DNA of 64,000 nt from Eledone cirrhosa. Lineage: Eukaryota. Position 1 is the stretch's first letter. Each line of letters opens with the position of its first letter. Below are positions 1 through 14,099 of the stretch, piece by piece. The notes beneath the pieces were generated by a model, which saw only the letters and a list, made by a program, of their open reading frames with translations, did not search any database and was not told where the DNA came from. The stretch lies in NCBI GenBank assembly GCA_964016885.1, contig OZ024742.1:94178001-94242000 (forward strand), read 5' to 3'. The translations under genes and the position numbers were made by a program.

Positions 1-970
1 TTCCTTCTTTGCTCAGATGGCATCTTTGATCACGTGATTGAACCAAAGTGTGTTCCTGCAACATGGTGCCACACCGAGCCACTTTCATCCACAACAGCTA
101 ACAGTTGAAGCCGAAACTGCCATTCTGAATGGTCTCCACTTTCTTTCAATGTCCTCAGATTGTTCAAGGAGTTCTCTGAATTTGGTTACAATAGTATCCA
201 CATAATTAGTCCTGACTTTCTCATCAGCCAACAATTCCTACTTTATCCTGTAAATCCTGTAAATTGAGATGGACCTGCTAGTTTTGTGATTTTTTTTCCA
301 TTAGGTAGGTTCAGATTGCAGAGATGTAGATGTTGTTTAGTTGCCAGCTCAGCCCCTCTCTTAACAAGAACATCCGGCCTAGAATTGAGAATTGAAGAGA
401 TCATAGACGATACAAAAGTCGATTACGGACCTCTATCCCCAATTTCCTTTATATCATGTATACTTAAGGATATTTTTGTGTTGTAAGGAAGTGTCCATAA
501 CAGAGAGCCCTTTACTAGAACATAAGACCTCTCAGTTTACAATTAGATCAGGGTTGTCGTTTCCTGTAAGCTGATCAGTGTTAACATATGCATTGAAATC
601 TCACATTAGGATATATAACTCAGTTCTAATTACATCTGATGCTACAGTGACTTCATCAAGAAAGGATCTGGATTCAGACTCTCTGTTTGGCATATAATCT
701 TGCACTATCCACAGAGGCCTATCTTTCATCCTAAGCTTCAAGAAGTAAATCCTCCCTCCCAATAGGTTCCATTCTATAACACATTCTAACAGCTGGGGAC
801 ATTCTCGCATCATACCTGAATAGTGGAGTTTCCATCCAAGTTTATGTAACAGAGTTACAGAATTTGTTGAAGAAACCTTGACCTTATCAAGCTGGTAATG
901 TTTGGCCTCCTTTACTAGTTCTTGTTCCTTACCTGTAAGAGTTGTAATGTTCCAGATGCCATTTTTTATT
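1..970 (-). mobile_element. Degenerate RTE-type LINE fragment, APE endonuclease region
   Basis: ORF 601..1056 contains 'IWNITTLTGKEQELVKEAKHYQLDKVKVSST', a typical APE N-terminus. The decayed frame continues toward position 1. Confidence 0.7.
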
Positions 971-1307
971 AATGTTAGACCCCTTCTGGACCCTCTTTGG
1001 GGTTTTAAGGTATGCAAACTTTGTGCATCTATCCAACATCTTATAGGACAGATCACTGGCCCATCACCACTTTTTAAGCATTAGATGGTTCCTGCAATAT
1101 ATGTTTCAAACAGGCCTCTCTACATAAGACTCAATTGTGTCCCTTGTTACCCTGCACAAAGGATGGTGCAGTATGATTACTTTCATTGAATCTGACCCCA
1201 CTGCAGTTTTTAGTGGTCTTATTCATGCCTGTCATGGATTTGGTAATTTTCATAGATCCATGACACAATTAGTATATAGCATAATATATAGTATTATACA
1301 TTTAACA

Positions 1308-1399
1308 GGTTGACTTTGCCTTTCATCCTTACGGGGTCGATAAAAAAAGTACCAGTAATGCACTGGGTAATTTCTGGCCTTGTGCCTAAAGTAGAAACA
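1308..1399 (+). mobile_element. SINE-A (tRNA-derived), 5'-truncated copy with 15-bp TSD
   Basis: GTTGACTTTGCCTTTCATCCTTACGGGGTCGATAA...CCTTGTGCCTAAAGTAGAAACA, flanked by ATTATACATTTAACA at 1293-1307 and 1400-1414. Confidence 0.85.
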
Positions 1400-2094
1400 A
1401 TTATACATTTAACATCCATGAGCTTGGCTGGTCACACTTGGGATCAAGCCTAATCAGCCGGAGAGAGTGTTTGAGGACTCTTCTCCCATAACCCTCTCAG
1501 GAATAAGTGGGTGAAGAAAATAAAGAAGGTATATACCTTATTCTGAAGTCATATGCCACATAAAAATATTGCTAAGCCTCACAAGTGTGGCATGCAAACT
1601 ACCTTGGGAAACACAGCTTTAGAATAACCTAAATAATATTTAGAACAGTCAAACTATACTGGCAAACACTGTAGAAACCTTCCTTTTTTTCATGAAATCC
1701 CAGATCTAGTTTGGACCCAACTGTTGATACTGTTGAAAAACAACAAAATTAAAACAAATCACTGTTACATAGCCAAAAACAACAAAACTGCACTTGCTGG
1801 TGCAATGAAGCCATGCAATAAAAATGAGACGAAAGGAAAACAATCTATGTAATTAAATGCTACAAACTGTTGTAAAATTGTTTTAAAAATCACAGGAAGA
1901 CAACATAAAGTAAATTAAGAAAAATTAACAGGAATAATGAAGCAACTGTAAATAGCAATGTGAGATATCACGTAATACTTACATTGTTCTGAAACTAATT
2001 ACAACAGGCTTGCCTAATTAAAATAAAATGTTGCATTGGTGTATAGTGTCTTGTAGTGACAGCTATTACATACTCAATAACTACACGCAATAAA

Positions 2095-2214
2095 ATATAT
2101 CACACATGGTTTTGTATATATATATATGTATGTATATGTATATCTACATACCTAAATATATATATATATATATGTATATATATGTATATATATATATGCA
2201 TATATATATATACC

Positions 2215-2264
<50 letters not shown>

Positions 2265-2440
2265 TACAAACACATACATATATGTATATATATATACATA
2301 TATATATATCTTTATTTATTTATATATTATGCACTCACATATATAGTTGTAAGGAAAAATAATGTTAATTAAATATATATATATAGATATATAATTTTAT
2401 ATATACAATTATATATGTGAGTATGTATATATGCATAGTC
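2095..2440. repeat. (TA)n/(TACA)n microsatellite
   Basis: Visible dinucleotide run; explains the YIYI ORF. Confidence 0.95.
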
Positions 2441-2744
2441 ATACACACAGTACCACATACATTTTTTAAGTTATTGTTCATCTTCTATTTTTGTTCTTTT
2501 ATAACAACGTAATTTTAAACTTACAAAATTTAATCAAAATTATTTATATTTTAATTAAAAAGCTATGATTAGAATTACATTGAAGTTTACATATTATCAT
2601 TATTATAAATGTGGTGGTTAGCATAATGAAATGGCAGAATTGTTAGCGTGATGGACAAAATATATTGCGGTATTTAGTTATGGCTCTTTGCATACTGACT
2701 TCAAATTCCACTAAGATCAAATTTTCTTTTCATTTATATGGGGT

Positions 2745-3045
2745 TTCTTCTTTGTCTTCTTCTTTGTCCACTTATCCTTGGAGGATTGTGGGAGTAAAGT
2801 TCTAAGACACACCTTTCAGAGGCTTCTATCAGAAGCAACCATCTCCAATTGATCTGGCTGGATCCCCAATTGAGACCAACTGAGCTCATGGATGTTACTT
2901 GTGGTCTTCCTCTGGGTCTTCTGCCAGCTGGCTTTCCCCATAAAATCCCTCCAGTGGTTCTTTCCTTAGACATTCTGTCCATATGTCCTTAATACTAGAG
3001 CTGCAGTTTCTTGATTCAGCAGTGTGATGGCTCCACTTCCTGGAG
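2745..3045 (-). mobile_element. RTE-type LINE 3'-terminal fragment
   Basis: 'RMSKERTTGGILWGKPAGRRPRGRP' is the usual RTE ORF C-terminus; (AAG)-like tail; similar to 16290-16525 and ~63350-63600. Confidence 0.7.
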
Positions 3046-4189
3046 TCGATAACATAAAGTACCAGTCACACACTGGGGTCGATATAATCGACTACCTCAC
3101 CCCCAAATTACTGGCCTTGTGCCTATACAAGAAACCATTAGTATCATAATCATTACTGTGGAGGTTGTCACCATATTGAAGAAATACAAGTTGGTAAAAG
3201 GAGTGTGCATTAACCAGGACAAATTGTCAGGCTGGCAGATTGTCAGTTGGAGAGGCAAGTCCAAGCTCAGTGGCATCATGCAATGATTGATCTTGAGATC
3301 TTATGATGCTTGGGCTGTCGTTTTGTCCAAATCTCCAAATATATTGTAATTGGAGCTAGGTTACAAGCAGGATAGCCAGTCTGACATAGAAATAGGCTGA
3401 GAGGCAGCTATCACTGAAAGGTAGAGTGAAAGTGGCAGACATATACATCACTTTTGTTATTTGTTATTTGTTATTGCTTGACAATCATCAGATCAGGTTG
3501 GAGAATCTAGTGTTTAGCTTGCTGTAGCAAGGATATAACCACTGGGCCAGTAGTCCTTCTGATATTAAACGCCCTCTGTTTAGAAGGGTTATCATAATGC
3601 AGAAGATGTACAAGATTGCACTGAGTTGTGATATTTGTTGAAGTTCTTGACCAGTAAGCAGTTGTGGGCACCTTTTGTGAGGCATATATTCTTATCACTC
3701 ATGGTTTCGATGGAGCTGCAGTCATATTTCAAGTGTAAAACAGTAATTTGATGCATGGTATAGCAACTCGGCTAGGGAAATATCAATTCTTGCATTTCAA
3801 AGAGCAAGAGTGACAATGTTCATGGAAATATTCTTGTTGTTGTGAAAGATCAAGTCAACAGTCTATTTCAGATTAACATCATCCTGGAGACTATCGCTGT
3901 GGTCCAAACTTAGCAAAGTTATCCTTTGGATTAAGTTAACAAATATCTAATTGTTACACATTGCACAGTATAATTGGCTTACATGTAACCATTGGGTTTA
4001 CATGTAATGAATAATATCTATGTTCCACATTCTGTACTAAGTTGAGTAATGGTTTTACTAGTTATTTAAGCTGTAATATTTAACCACACACATATATATA
4101 TATATATATATATACATTCATTTTTCAAGGTTGACTGAGGACTGATGGGGCAGCAACAGACTATCACAGGGTTAACCCTTGGTTCCAGC

Positions 4190-4640
4190 CGGTATTCATT
4201 TGTTTTTAGGGTTTTTTTTCTTTGTTTTCTTTTTGGAGTTGAGGTAACTATAGAAATGTAAAATGAAATGTCTTGCTCAAGGAGGCAATGTGCTGCCTAG
4301 TCATGGAATCAAACTCATGGCCTTATAATCATAAACCCTTGACCCTAATCACTAGGCCCCATATCTTGACTAGATTTTGAAAAGTTGACCTATTATCACA
4401 GGCATTCTAGTCATGATCATTCTGTCAACAGTCTAACCACGAGGTTCAGCAACATAATGGTCACAACTAAACTGACTCAGAAATCCTGGCCACATCCATA
4501 GTTAAGTAGTTCACTTCATAATCATGAGTTCTTGAGTTTAACCCCACTGCATGGCATTTTGGACAAATGTCTTTAACTTGGCCCTGGGTTGGCCTAAGCT
4601 TTGTGAGTGAAATTGAATTGACAGAAAATGTGTAGAATCT
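4190..4640. mobile_element. Two degraded SINE-B (CORE-like) fragments in opposite orientations
   Basis: GTCTTGCTCAAGG motif on one strand at ~4270 and a tRNA-like head (GGTTAAGTAGTT...GAGTTTAACCCC) at ~4500-4545. Confidence 0.5.
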
Positions 4641-6336
4641 AGTTGGATAAATTGTACCTGTAATTCAAAGTCCATATTATGTCATGCTGATTTCACTTAT
4701 GAATTATATTAAGGATGCAAGTGCCTGTGAAATACTCAGCTCCTTACGTATTAATTACACATTAATTCAGGAGTTGGACAAACAGCTGAATACTCATCAT
4801 CAAAACTGACGGAAGATCTAGCATCATGATTATCATTAACAGCAAAAAGGATTGAAAATAATATGGACATATTGTCTACAATTCAAATTTACAATCAAAG
4901 ATAAGAAGCTGAAAATCAGTAGGTAATATTAAAAACTACTTCAACATAAGCAAAGCTATATTTACGGTAAAATTTCTTTCATTATTGAAGAACCAACAGA
5001 TTCATAATACATCAGGCTTAATGGAAGAACAAAAAAGAAAAAAAGAGTAACAAATCTAAGAACAAAGTATTAAGTAATATGAAAGAAAAAATGTACTTTT
5101 TAAATTCAGAAAATTCAAACAAACAGATGCAAAAGATAAATAAATGTAGAAGAACAAAAGCAATGTGAATAATAAGTGGTTAATAATAGCATAGAAAATA
5201 GGAGAAAATGTACAAAATAATTAGAAAAAAGTTAATTTAGAAAATAGAAAATAAAATAGTGAAGAAAAGGAATAGTTGGAAATAATGTGAATGGAAGTTT
5301 TTAGAAGAAAAACTGAAATATGAATGTGATAAATGACATATAGTGCCGTAAAGGATTGATATAAAATCAAACATGTGTATAATCATATATTGATATACAC
5401 ATGCAGATACATAGATATATTCATATACATATGTATAAATATAATAGATATTTATAGACATTCATATACACCTCTATCATGGTCATAGATATAAAGATAT
5501 ATTCATATACACAGGTAGAAAATTAATAGATATTAATATGCATTCATAAAAAATATGTATAAAAATATCAGTTAATATATATACTTCTATCAAAGTAATA
5601 TATTTAAAGATATATGGATATACACTTGAATAAAAGTAGAAGACATATTATAATAGGCTGAAAAATATATTCATATATATATATATCTATTATAGTAATA
5701 CATATTATATATTCATATACACTTCTATTAAAGTAGTAGATATAAAGATATATTCATACACACATATAATAAAATAATAGATCATTATCATCATCATCAA
5801 AATCATCATCATTATTTAAAATTCATTCTTTCTGCTAGCAAGGGCTGGACAGGTCATCAGATACCAAGTTAGTATGTAATTGGAGTTACAGAACTCTCAG
5901 ATGGGTCAGAGGTACATCTCACTTACATATGTTCTTGTATTCTACAGAGTATACTAGGCATATTCTAACATGACACTAGGGAGGTTATCACAACTTTGAC
6001 ACAACTGATGAGTCCTCTCGACCCTTTGTTCAGTAAGGTTTTTGCAACTGGTAGCCCTTCTTATCAACAACAACATTACAGAGTGTACTGGATGCGTTTT
6101 ATCATGACACCAATGATAGAGTGGTTGGTGTGCCATTGACACAAATGAAGAACCTACTCCACCAATTTTTGCCATAGTATCTACAGCTAAATGCCCTTCT
6201 ATTATTAACCAATTTTGTGCATATAGGTAGGCGTGTATAATACTGAGCCCATGTGTATTTTCATATTCCTCAGAATAATCATTTTATAATTGGTATAAAT
6301 GTAAATTCATATGTACATGTATAAAAGTAATACATA

Positions 6337-7196
6337 CGAGTTATACTCAAGAACATTCGAGATGTTTTTCTTTTCAGGCACTTTTAATTGACCTAGGTAA
6401 CATTCACTCTAATACATCCTTGATATGGTTATAATAAGCTAACATGCAAAATCTATTTTTTTCCAGGTTAAAGGCCCAGACTGCTACAGCACTTTTAAAA
6501 CTACTCTTCATACACGTTTTGTCATAGCTGACTGGTTCTACAATGCAGTTGGGACGTGAGAACAACTTGGAGGCTTGATTTGCAATAAGGAGTCAAGCTT
6601 GGTAAAAATGCCACAGAAATCTATGAAATGATGACAACTGCATATGGACTAACTTTCATGAGCAGGGAACCTGTTTTCTGCTGACACAAGAGGGACAACG
6701 AGAGATGTAACAGGGGGAGGGATACCAGGACGCTAAAGTTGGTTGATGAAATTTGCAAATTTGGGGATGAAGACTGTTGTGCATTTCTTCAGATGATTGC
6801 TAAGCAATTTGAAGTGGCTAAGAGCATTGTACACAGAGTCATTGATTATGATCTGAACATGTGCAAAGTTTATTCACAGGGTGCTCATTAAAATCAAAGG
6901 CAGAGGTGCATTAAAGACAGCATGAAGATAGTTGAGTGGATCACTTCGAATACAAGTGTCTTTGAGTATCTGGTCACCTGAGACGAGAGCTGGGTCTACT
7001 GTTACGATCCAGACACCAAAAGACAGAGTGCCCAGTGGAAGAATTCTGACTCCCCATAACCCAAGAAGGCCAGGCAAAGCAGGTCCACTGGGAAGCTCTT
7101 GATGATTCCATTTGAAAGAGACTAGAGTTTTGAGTTGATCTGAGTTAAATAAATGTATATCTGATAAAAGTTTCAAAACTTCTTGAGTGTACCTCA
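6337..7196 (+). mobile_element. Internally deleted mariner (Tc1/mariner) transposon
   Basis: Imperfect TIRs CGAGTTATACTCAAGAA (after TA at 6335) and TTCTTGAGTGTACCTCA. Decayed transposase 'VKLGKNATEIYEMMTTAYG' and 'LVT*DESWVYCYDPDTKRQSAQWKNSDSP*PKKARQSRSTGKLLM'; the C-terminal part of the catalytic domain is missing. Confidence 0.85.
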
Positions 7197-7239
7197 TTGC
7201 ATTACGATAATAGTAGTAAAGATATATTCATAAACAACA

Positions 7240-7560
7240 TCATCATCATCATTTAACATCCCTTTATCCATGCTTGCCTGAGTTAGAAGGGTTGTCACAA
7301 TATGAGACAGGTCAGGGCTGGAGACCACATTTTGCTCATATGGATCTGTATTTTGGCTTGGTTATATGGCTGGATACCCATCCTAACACCAACCAAATTA
7401 CAGTGTAGACTGAGTTCTTTTTATCATGGCACCAAAATGACCACCTTACAGGGTGAACTGGGTCCTTCTTGTCATGTCACCAGCACGACCATCTTACAGT
7501 GTGGATTAGGTGTTACCAACATGATCACCTTACAAAATGGAGTGGGTTGTTGCAGCACCA
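7240..7560 (-). mobile_element. SINE-B 3' portion with degenerate internal tandem repeats
   Basis: (CAT)n tail, CCATGCTTGC, GGCTGGATACCCATCCTAACACCAACC, then repeated TTACAG...CACCA units. Confidence 0.55.
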
Positions 7561-7849
7561 GATCAGCATACAAGGTGAACTTTTTGTCATAGTAATGGCA
7601 GTGTGGCAGATCACATGTTGAGTGTTTCCAGCTTTCATGGACTGGTCAGGTGAGGTGTATTTGGGCTCATGTGATGCAGGTAAGGGAGTACAACATCGAC
7701 TAGATGCATGGAATATTTAAAAGGTGTGAGCAGGGTATTAAGATGGGAGGGGAGTGGATAAGATGGAGGGGGAGAGACGATTGTTACAGGCTAGTGTGTC
7801 TTCTGCATGTTTGTTTCATTTTGATTTTGTTCTCATAGGTTGGGGTAGG

Positions 7850-8650
7850 GTTTTCTGCAGTACAGCATAACACCAGAGACCTTGCACTTGTATCATCATT
7901 GTGAGGTTTAATTAGGCAAGACAGCTTTTATCACTTCCTCCCTAGTTTTTGAGTGCCCTACATCGCTCATCCATCATATGCATCGGATGTCTAAACCACT
8001 GCAATCTCTTCCCTTGTATATTGTATCTAACACCTCTTATGCTTAATTTCACTATTTGCACACTGATTCTTTGCTGTTCAGGCACACTAATATTACACAT
8101 CCAGCGGAGCCTGTAAGCTTCATTTCTTTCCAATCTTAGTAGGTCCTCTACACATATTGCCCGGGTCTCACTTCCATGCAGCATTGCTGTTTGTACATAA
8201 GCTTCACACAATCTACTTTTCATTTTGTGGGGAAAACCTTTTGTAGCTAGCAGAAATAGTAACTACCTGAACGTTTTCCATCCTGTTTTCATTCTGGCTC
8301 CTACTTTCAGAACATCCACCTCTACTGCTAATTTGGTCCCCTAGGTAACAGAAGCAATCAACTACTTCTATGGAGCCTTCTTGGCATTTAAAGGGACTTG
8401 GATCCTGTGCTCCTTACTGCTCCTTTACATCGACCACATACAAATTCTACATTCTTTGCTAGCCTGTGTGAGATCCCACTACATCTCTTGAGTAACCACA
8501 GTTTGCATTTGAAACATAGAATGGAATTTCTAGCTACTCCTATCTTTCACTCTTTGCAAGGCTATTTCTCCAAATGGATTTGGGCCCTGTTTTCTTTTCT
8601 ACTTAAGAAAACATTAGTCTTTGTTAAGTTGATTTAAGACCTTTTGTTTC
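7850..8650 (-). mobile_element. Degenerate RTE-type LINE, C-terminal RT region with Cys-rich insert
   Basis: 'KSRLCEAYVQTAMLHGSETRA..RLERNEAYRLRWMCNIS', 'EVVDCFCYLG', 'INLTKTNV' and 'CFKCKLWLLKRCSGI..FVCGRCKG'. Confidence 0.75.
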
Positions 8651-9560
8651 TAGATCATGATTCCAGTTACAAATTTTGTCTCTAATTCTGGCACAGATTC
8701 AGCTATATTGGTTAGATAATCTGCATATAACAACAGCAGCAGTAACAACAACAACATCATCTGTGGCAACAACATCTTATGGAGCAATGACAACAACAAT
8801 TACATCGTCTGAGGCATCAACAACATTAATAACAACATATGTAGCAATAACAAGTGCAACAGATCAGTGGAAAAATAGTGAACGTTTTCAACACCAGTCT
8901 GTTACAACCACAAACAGCAATGTCAGATTAATAGAAATAAAATCTGAACCATTGTGGTAACAACATACTCATTCAAAAAACAAAAGCGCACACACACACG
9001 AACTGTAATGAACTCTATTTAAAAAAATGCTGTACTGTTTATTACATTATTATTATTATTTTCTTCCTTTCCACCTTCATTGTATCATTCTGCATGTAAT
9101 TTGTTTTATATGTTTACAGACACATGCACTTGCATACACATGGTTACGAATGTTTCAGATTTTTTGCACACACCACTAGATCTGTGTAATTGATTTAGGT
9201 GGAATTTAATGAGATAATTCTTTCTACTCTTGCTTATCTCTACTAGTTTTAAAGTTATAGAAAAGTTATCAAGTCATAACCACCTCAAGACAGACATTTG
9301 CACTTGTTCTATTCATATATTCATACATACAACTGCACACAAATAGCCACAGCTTTAACTTCATAATTTAGTTTCCGCCTCCCTACAAATTGAGGAATGC
9401 TCACTTAGCTTACACAACCACATTTAGAGACTCACAGCTCTGTGTGTTGGCAACCAGAAAGATCTCAATTCTAATTATTTTAAAGCATACATATGCAGTT
9501 CGATTCACTACCTCTTATATTATTGATTGCTGCTCCCACATCAATCTGGGTAAGGAAATA

Positions 9561-9690
9561 ATTGTTTCTACTTTTGGCACAAGGCCAGCAAATACCCAGT
9601 ACATTACTGGTACTTTATTTTATTGACCCCGTAAGGATGAAAGGTAAAGTTGACCTCGGCGGGATTTGAACTCAGAATAGAAAGGGCCGT
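9561..9690 (-). mobile_element. SINE-A partial copy
   Basis: Reverse complement of the SINE-A body and B box (GGGATTTGAACTCAG). Confidence 0.8.
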
Positions 9691-10920
9691 AGGAAATAAT
9701 GTAGCACAATCTCATCATATTTTTCTCACAATGTTTTTCTAAGCCTGCCACTCACCATAATCAAAAGACTGACTTGTAACCTCAGAACCAAATATCTAGA
9801 TAATATTCTCCTGTAGGAAGCTTACGGTGTCAGATTGTCCAAAAAGAGGACAGTTGAAAAGGCCATGTTTAATGTGCTGGGGCAACCTAATTCTTATATA
9901 TACAAAAGATTTTTTATCCCCGTAACATACTGCTTTTCGACTGCAAAATATAGCCTGCTTTTGATCCTGCAACAAACAGACACTTTGTTTGGTCTGTCTA
10001 GCAATATAATCACACAGACACTCATTAACCAGCCATGTCAGATTCGGCACTAGCTGAGATTGTTACCAACACAGGTTAGTAAATATTACCACTATTGTAT
10101 TCCACACATAACATACTGCATACATACTTGCATCTTTTTCCATTGTTCATTGCTTCATAATTTCAAAGTAAATCATGTTACTAATAAAAACATTTAAATT
10201 AGCAGTGTCTTCTTCATTTGTTAATTCTTATCCATGTAATTGGGGAAAATCATCTTCCCCTTGGTAAATAATTTGACAAGTGAGTACAACTAAATGTTTC
10301 CTTGAATATAGCAAAACTTCTCTTGACTCACTGAGACACACTTGCCATTACTCAACCAACAAGCTACTCACTCATCATCTTCACACTTCATCACTAATAT
10401 CACAAATGAACAAATCCATCAGGCAACCAAACCATTGCCAAAACCAATATTTATCATTACACCCGCTATATATATATACACACATGCAGATTTGGAGTTA
10501 AGGAATATAGTTCTATATTGAACACTTCCCATAGTATTTATACCCATAACAGCCAATTTTAGCCTGGTTCTATATAAATTCTATCACTTCAACATACTCA
10601 TCTGTGCCAGTTGCTTATATAACCAAGCACAAGTGAGACTGACTCTATATGTTCACAAGTTACAATGAATATTGACGTTTTGATACCACTGGATGAAACG
10701 AATTCTCATAGCAGCAAATGCTATTCATAAAAGATACTATATGGGAGTAGTACACATAGGAACTATACATTAGAGATTCATTCTTTTCAAAATATTTCTT
10801 CTTTTCATAATATGTCAATTATAAGTTGAGCAATTTCATTGAGTAAAACTTTAATTAGTTGAGTTGAGAGGAACTCTGTTAGGTTGCTGTGAGTCTGACA
10901 ACAGCAGAATTTATCAATAA

Positions 10921-11124
10921 TGGTTTCTTATATAGGCACAAGGCCAGCAATTTTGGGGGAGGGAAAAGTTGATTAAATTGATCCCAGTGCGTGACAGGTA
11001 CTTTATTTTATCAACCCCGAAAGGATGAAAGGCAAAGTTAACATCAGCACGATTTGAACTCAGACCATAAAGGGCCATAACTCAATGCATCTGACCTCTA
11101 CCGATACTGCCAACCAAACGCCCA
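10921..11124 (-). mobile_element. SINE-A copy (longer variant)
   Basis: Complete reverse-strand copy; tail reads CCTTGTGCCTATATAAGAAACC followed by ATTATT. Confidence 0.8.
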
Positions 11125-11631
11125 TAGAATTTGTCAACAATACCAAGAACAGCAAACATAAACAACAACAATTACAACAATTGTAGCAGAAACATGAACA
11201 ACAATATCACCATCAGTAGTAACAGCCATAGCAGCAGCAGCAGTCACATAACAACATAAACAAAAGCAAGTGTAGAAAACCTTGTATGAAATATGAAGAT
11301 AAAGGAAGAAATTGTGTGAAAATGATGTTTAAGGAGACAGCACAACAGCAATGATGACAACAACAGTAGTAACAGCAAAAACAAGAACATCAGCAAAACA
11401 AAACAGACACTAATAACAACAACAACATCAAAAACAACAACAATAGTAACAGCAAAACCAGCAAGATTAGCAACAACATCAACACAACAGCAACAACATG
11501 AATAAAAACACTAGCAACAACCACAACAAGAGCATCAACAATATCAACAACAACACCAACAATAACAGCAATAACAACAATAAGCATAACTGAAAGCTGG
11601 AGAGATTGTGGTGGATGATGAATAGTTATAG

Positions 11632-12230
11632 TAGATTGGCAGTATCAGTAGAGCGTTGGACAACATGATTTGCGGTATAAACTTATGTCCCTTTACGTTC
11701 TGAGTTCAAATCCCACTGAGGTTAGATTTGCCTTTCATCCTTATGCGGTTGATCAAATAAAAGTACCAGTAATGCACTGAGATTGATTTAATCGACTTTC
11801 TTCTCCCGCAAAATTGTTGGCTTTGTGCCTAAATCAGAAACCATTATTACTAGGGGCAGTGGATTGGCAGTATCGGTAGAGAGTCAGACGCCATGCTTTG
11901 ACGCATAGTGTTACGGCCCTTGCCATTCTGAGTTCAAATCCCACCAAGGTTAACTTTGCCTTTCATCCTTACAGGGTCGATAAAATAAAGTACCAGTAAT
12001 GTACTGGGTAATTGCTGGCTTTGTGCCAAAAGTAGAAACAATTATTACTATTATTAATATTATTAAGGGCAGTGGATTGGCAGTATTGGTAGAGCATTGG
12101 ACAACGTTTTGTGGCATAGAGGTATGACTCTTTACATACTGAGTTCAAATCTCGCTGAGGTTAACTTTCCTTTCAAACATACAATTTTCATAAATAAAGT
12201 ACCAAAATGTTGGCTTTGTGCCTAAAAACT
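11632..12230 (+). mobile_element. Head-to-tail trimer of SINE-A
   Basis: Three GGATTGGCAG-type heads (~11633, ~11861, ~12074), each with a GAGTTCAAATC B box, separated by ATTATT spacers. Confidence 0.85.
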
Positions 12231-12269
12231 ATTATGAATTTCATATCTCAGTTATTAATATTATTTAAT

Positions 12270-13505
12270 CAGAAAATTTACCCAAAAGAACATCAAACTG
12301 CTACCAGTAGCCTCAGACATTCAGGACATATCAGGATGTCCTTGCTGTTCCTAGAAGTCATACCATTTGAAGTTTTCCCAAAGCAGGTCCTGGGATAATG
12401 TTTGCAGCATTACCAAGTGCTTCTATGACAATGGGGATAATCTTCATCTCATGGGAGTGCCAAATCCTTTTCAGTTCCCACTTTAGATCCTGGTTCTGGT
12501 TAATTTTCTCCTCCTTTTCATGTACAGTTGTGTTAATGGGGAAAGTTACATCTATAATCAAGCAAGATCTGTTTTCCTTGTCAAAAACTTGTAGGTCAGG
12601 CATATTGTGTTTTAATTATTTTTATTTGCTTGGATCCTGAAATCCTACAGTACCTTCATCTGATCAAATTCTATGACCGACTCTAGCTTATGCTTATACC
12701 ACTTCTCAGAGTGGTATACATTATTCTATTTGCATAAATGTCAGTGGATCACTTTTCCTGTGATATCATGCCTCCATCATTTATAATGAACCTGGGCCTG
12801 GGTTTAGATTTAACCCACAGTTTCCTCTCTCTCCACAGATCCTACAGTGGGCTAGCTTCCTCCTTGTCAACAGGATGTTTCATCCATTTATACTAAACAT
12901 TGGCTCATTATTCTCAGACACATAATTATGTAAATCATTCATCTCCATCTGAACACAGTCCTCTTAAGTATAGTTTATCAACATCACTTTTCTTATGAAA
13001 TATACTGTAGGTAGTCATTACTTCCCTTATCTTTCTCTCTAGTTCTTTTCACTCATTTACATTCCCTTTAATAATTCCTGCACAGTACTTAATAATAGCC
13101 ACAGCTTAGGTATTTATTGCACTTACAGCATTCCTATTATTCAGATGTGATTTTAGTATTTTTCTTACTCTCCTTATGCATTCAGATCTTATTATCTCCT
13201 TCATTTTATCGTCCTTGATGTTGTTTGCTTCTACAGCCTCCTATATCCTTCTTCAGTGTCAATCTCTTTTATCACTCACTCGTTCGTATCTTGATAACTT
13301 TGCTACACTTCAATTTACCTCATATTAATACCAAATTTCATACAAATATCATTGCTGAAAATACGAACAGTGTTAACAAGTACATCCATCTCCTTTTCAG
13401 TATTTTAGGTCATCTATGAAGAGATCTCGTCTTCCCAGTTTGTATCCTGCCTTCACTTTTCTCAATACAAGGGGCAAGGGTATGAGGGTGAGGACAAACA
13501 ATAAA
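12270..13505 (-). mobile_element. Old degenerate R4/Dong-clade LINE, 3' half
   Basis: 'PDLQVFDKENRSCLIIDVTFP..QDLKWELKRIW..IIPIVIEALG' is homologous to the C-terminus of ORF 34771..38163; many deletions. Confidence 0.85.
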
Positions 13506-14099
13506 GTTATGGATTGGGGTGTCTGTTATGATTCGAGACAGGGTTGATTGTGTGTTCCATTTATGGTATTGTTTCTACAGCTTGATGTTCTTATCACCCA
13601 ACACTTTATAAAATGTACTAGGTGCACTTTATCGTGACACCAGCACTAGTGAGTTTGCTTTGACTAAAGGAGCACTCACTACCCAATGCTATCTCCATAA
13701 TTAACTATATTATCCTCTGGTACACATTTTATTGGCTACAGAAACTTGATAGGCAAACTCAACTTCAACTGGATTTGAACTTTTAAAGATTAAACAAACA
13801 CTATTCTAACACTACATTTTTTTGCCATAAACTTCCCTCAATAATAATGGTGATTTCTAATTTAGGCACAAAGACAGAAATTTGTGGGAAAGGAAAATCA
13901 ATTATATCAATTATGCTTTATTTATTATCAACCCCAGAAACATAAAAACAAACTTAATCTTGGCAGGATTTGATCTCCAGCAGTAAAGAGCTGGAACAAA
14001 TAATGAAATGCAAAACATTTGTTCAATACTCTAATAACTCTGCTAATCCCCCATCCTAGTCTAGATAGTAATAATGATAATAATATTAATAATAAAAAT

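Noticed and set aside
9780-10080. Possible host exons in more complex sequence (also ~3480-3920 and ~51620-51850)
   Set aside because: No recognisable protein motif or consistent splice sites by eye; needs BLASTX and RNA-seq.
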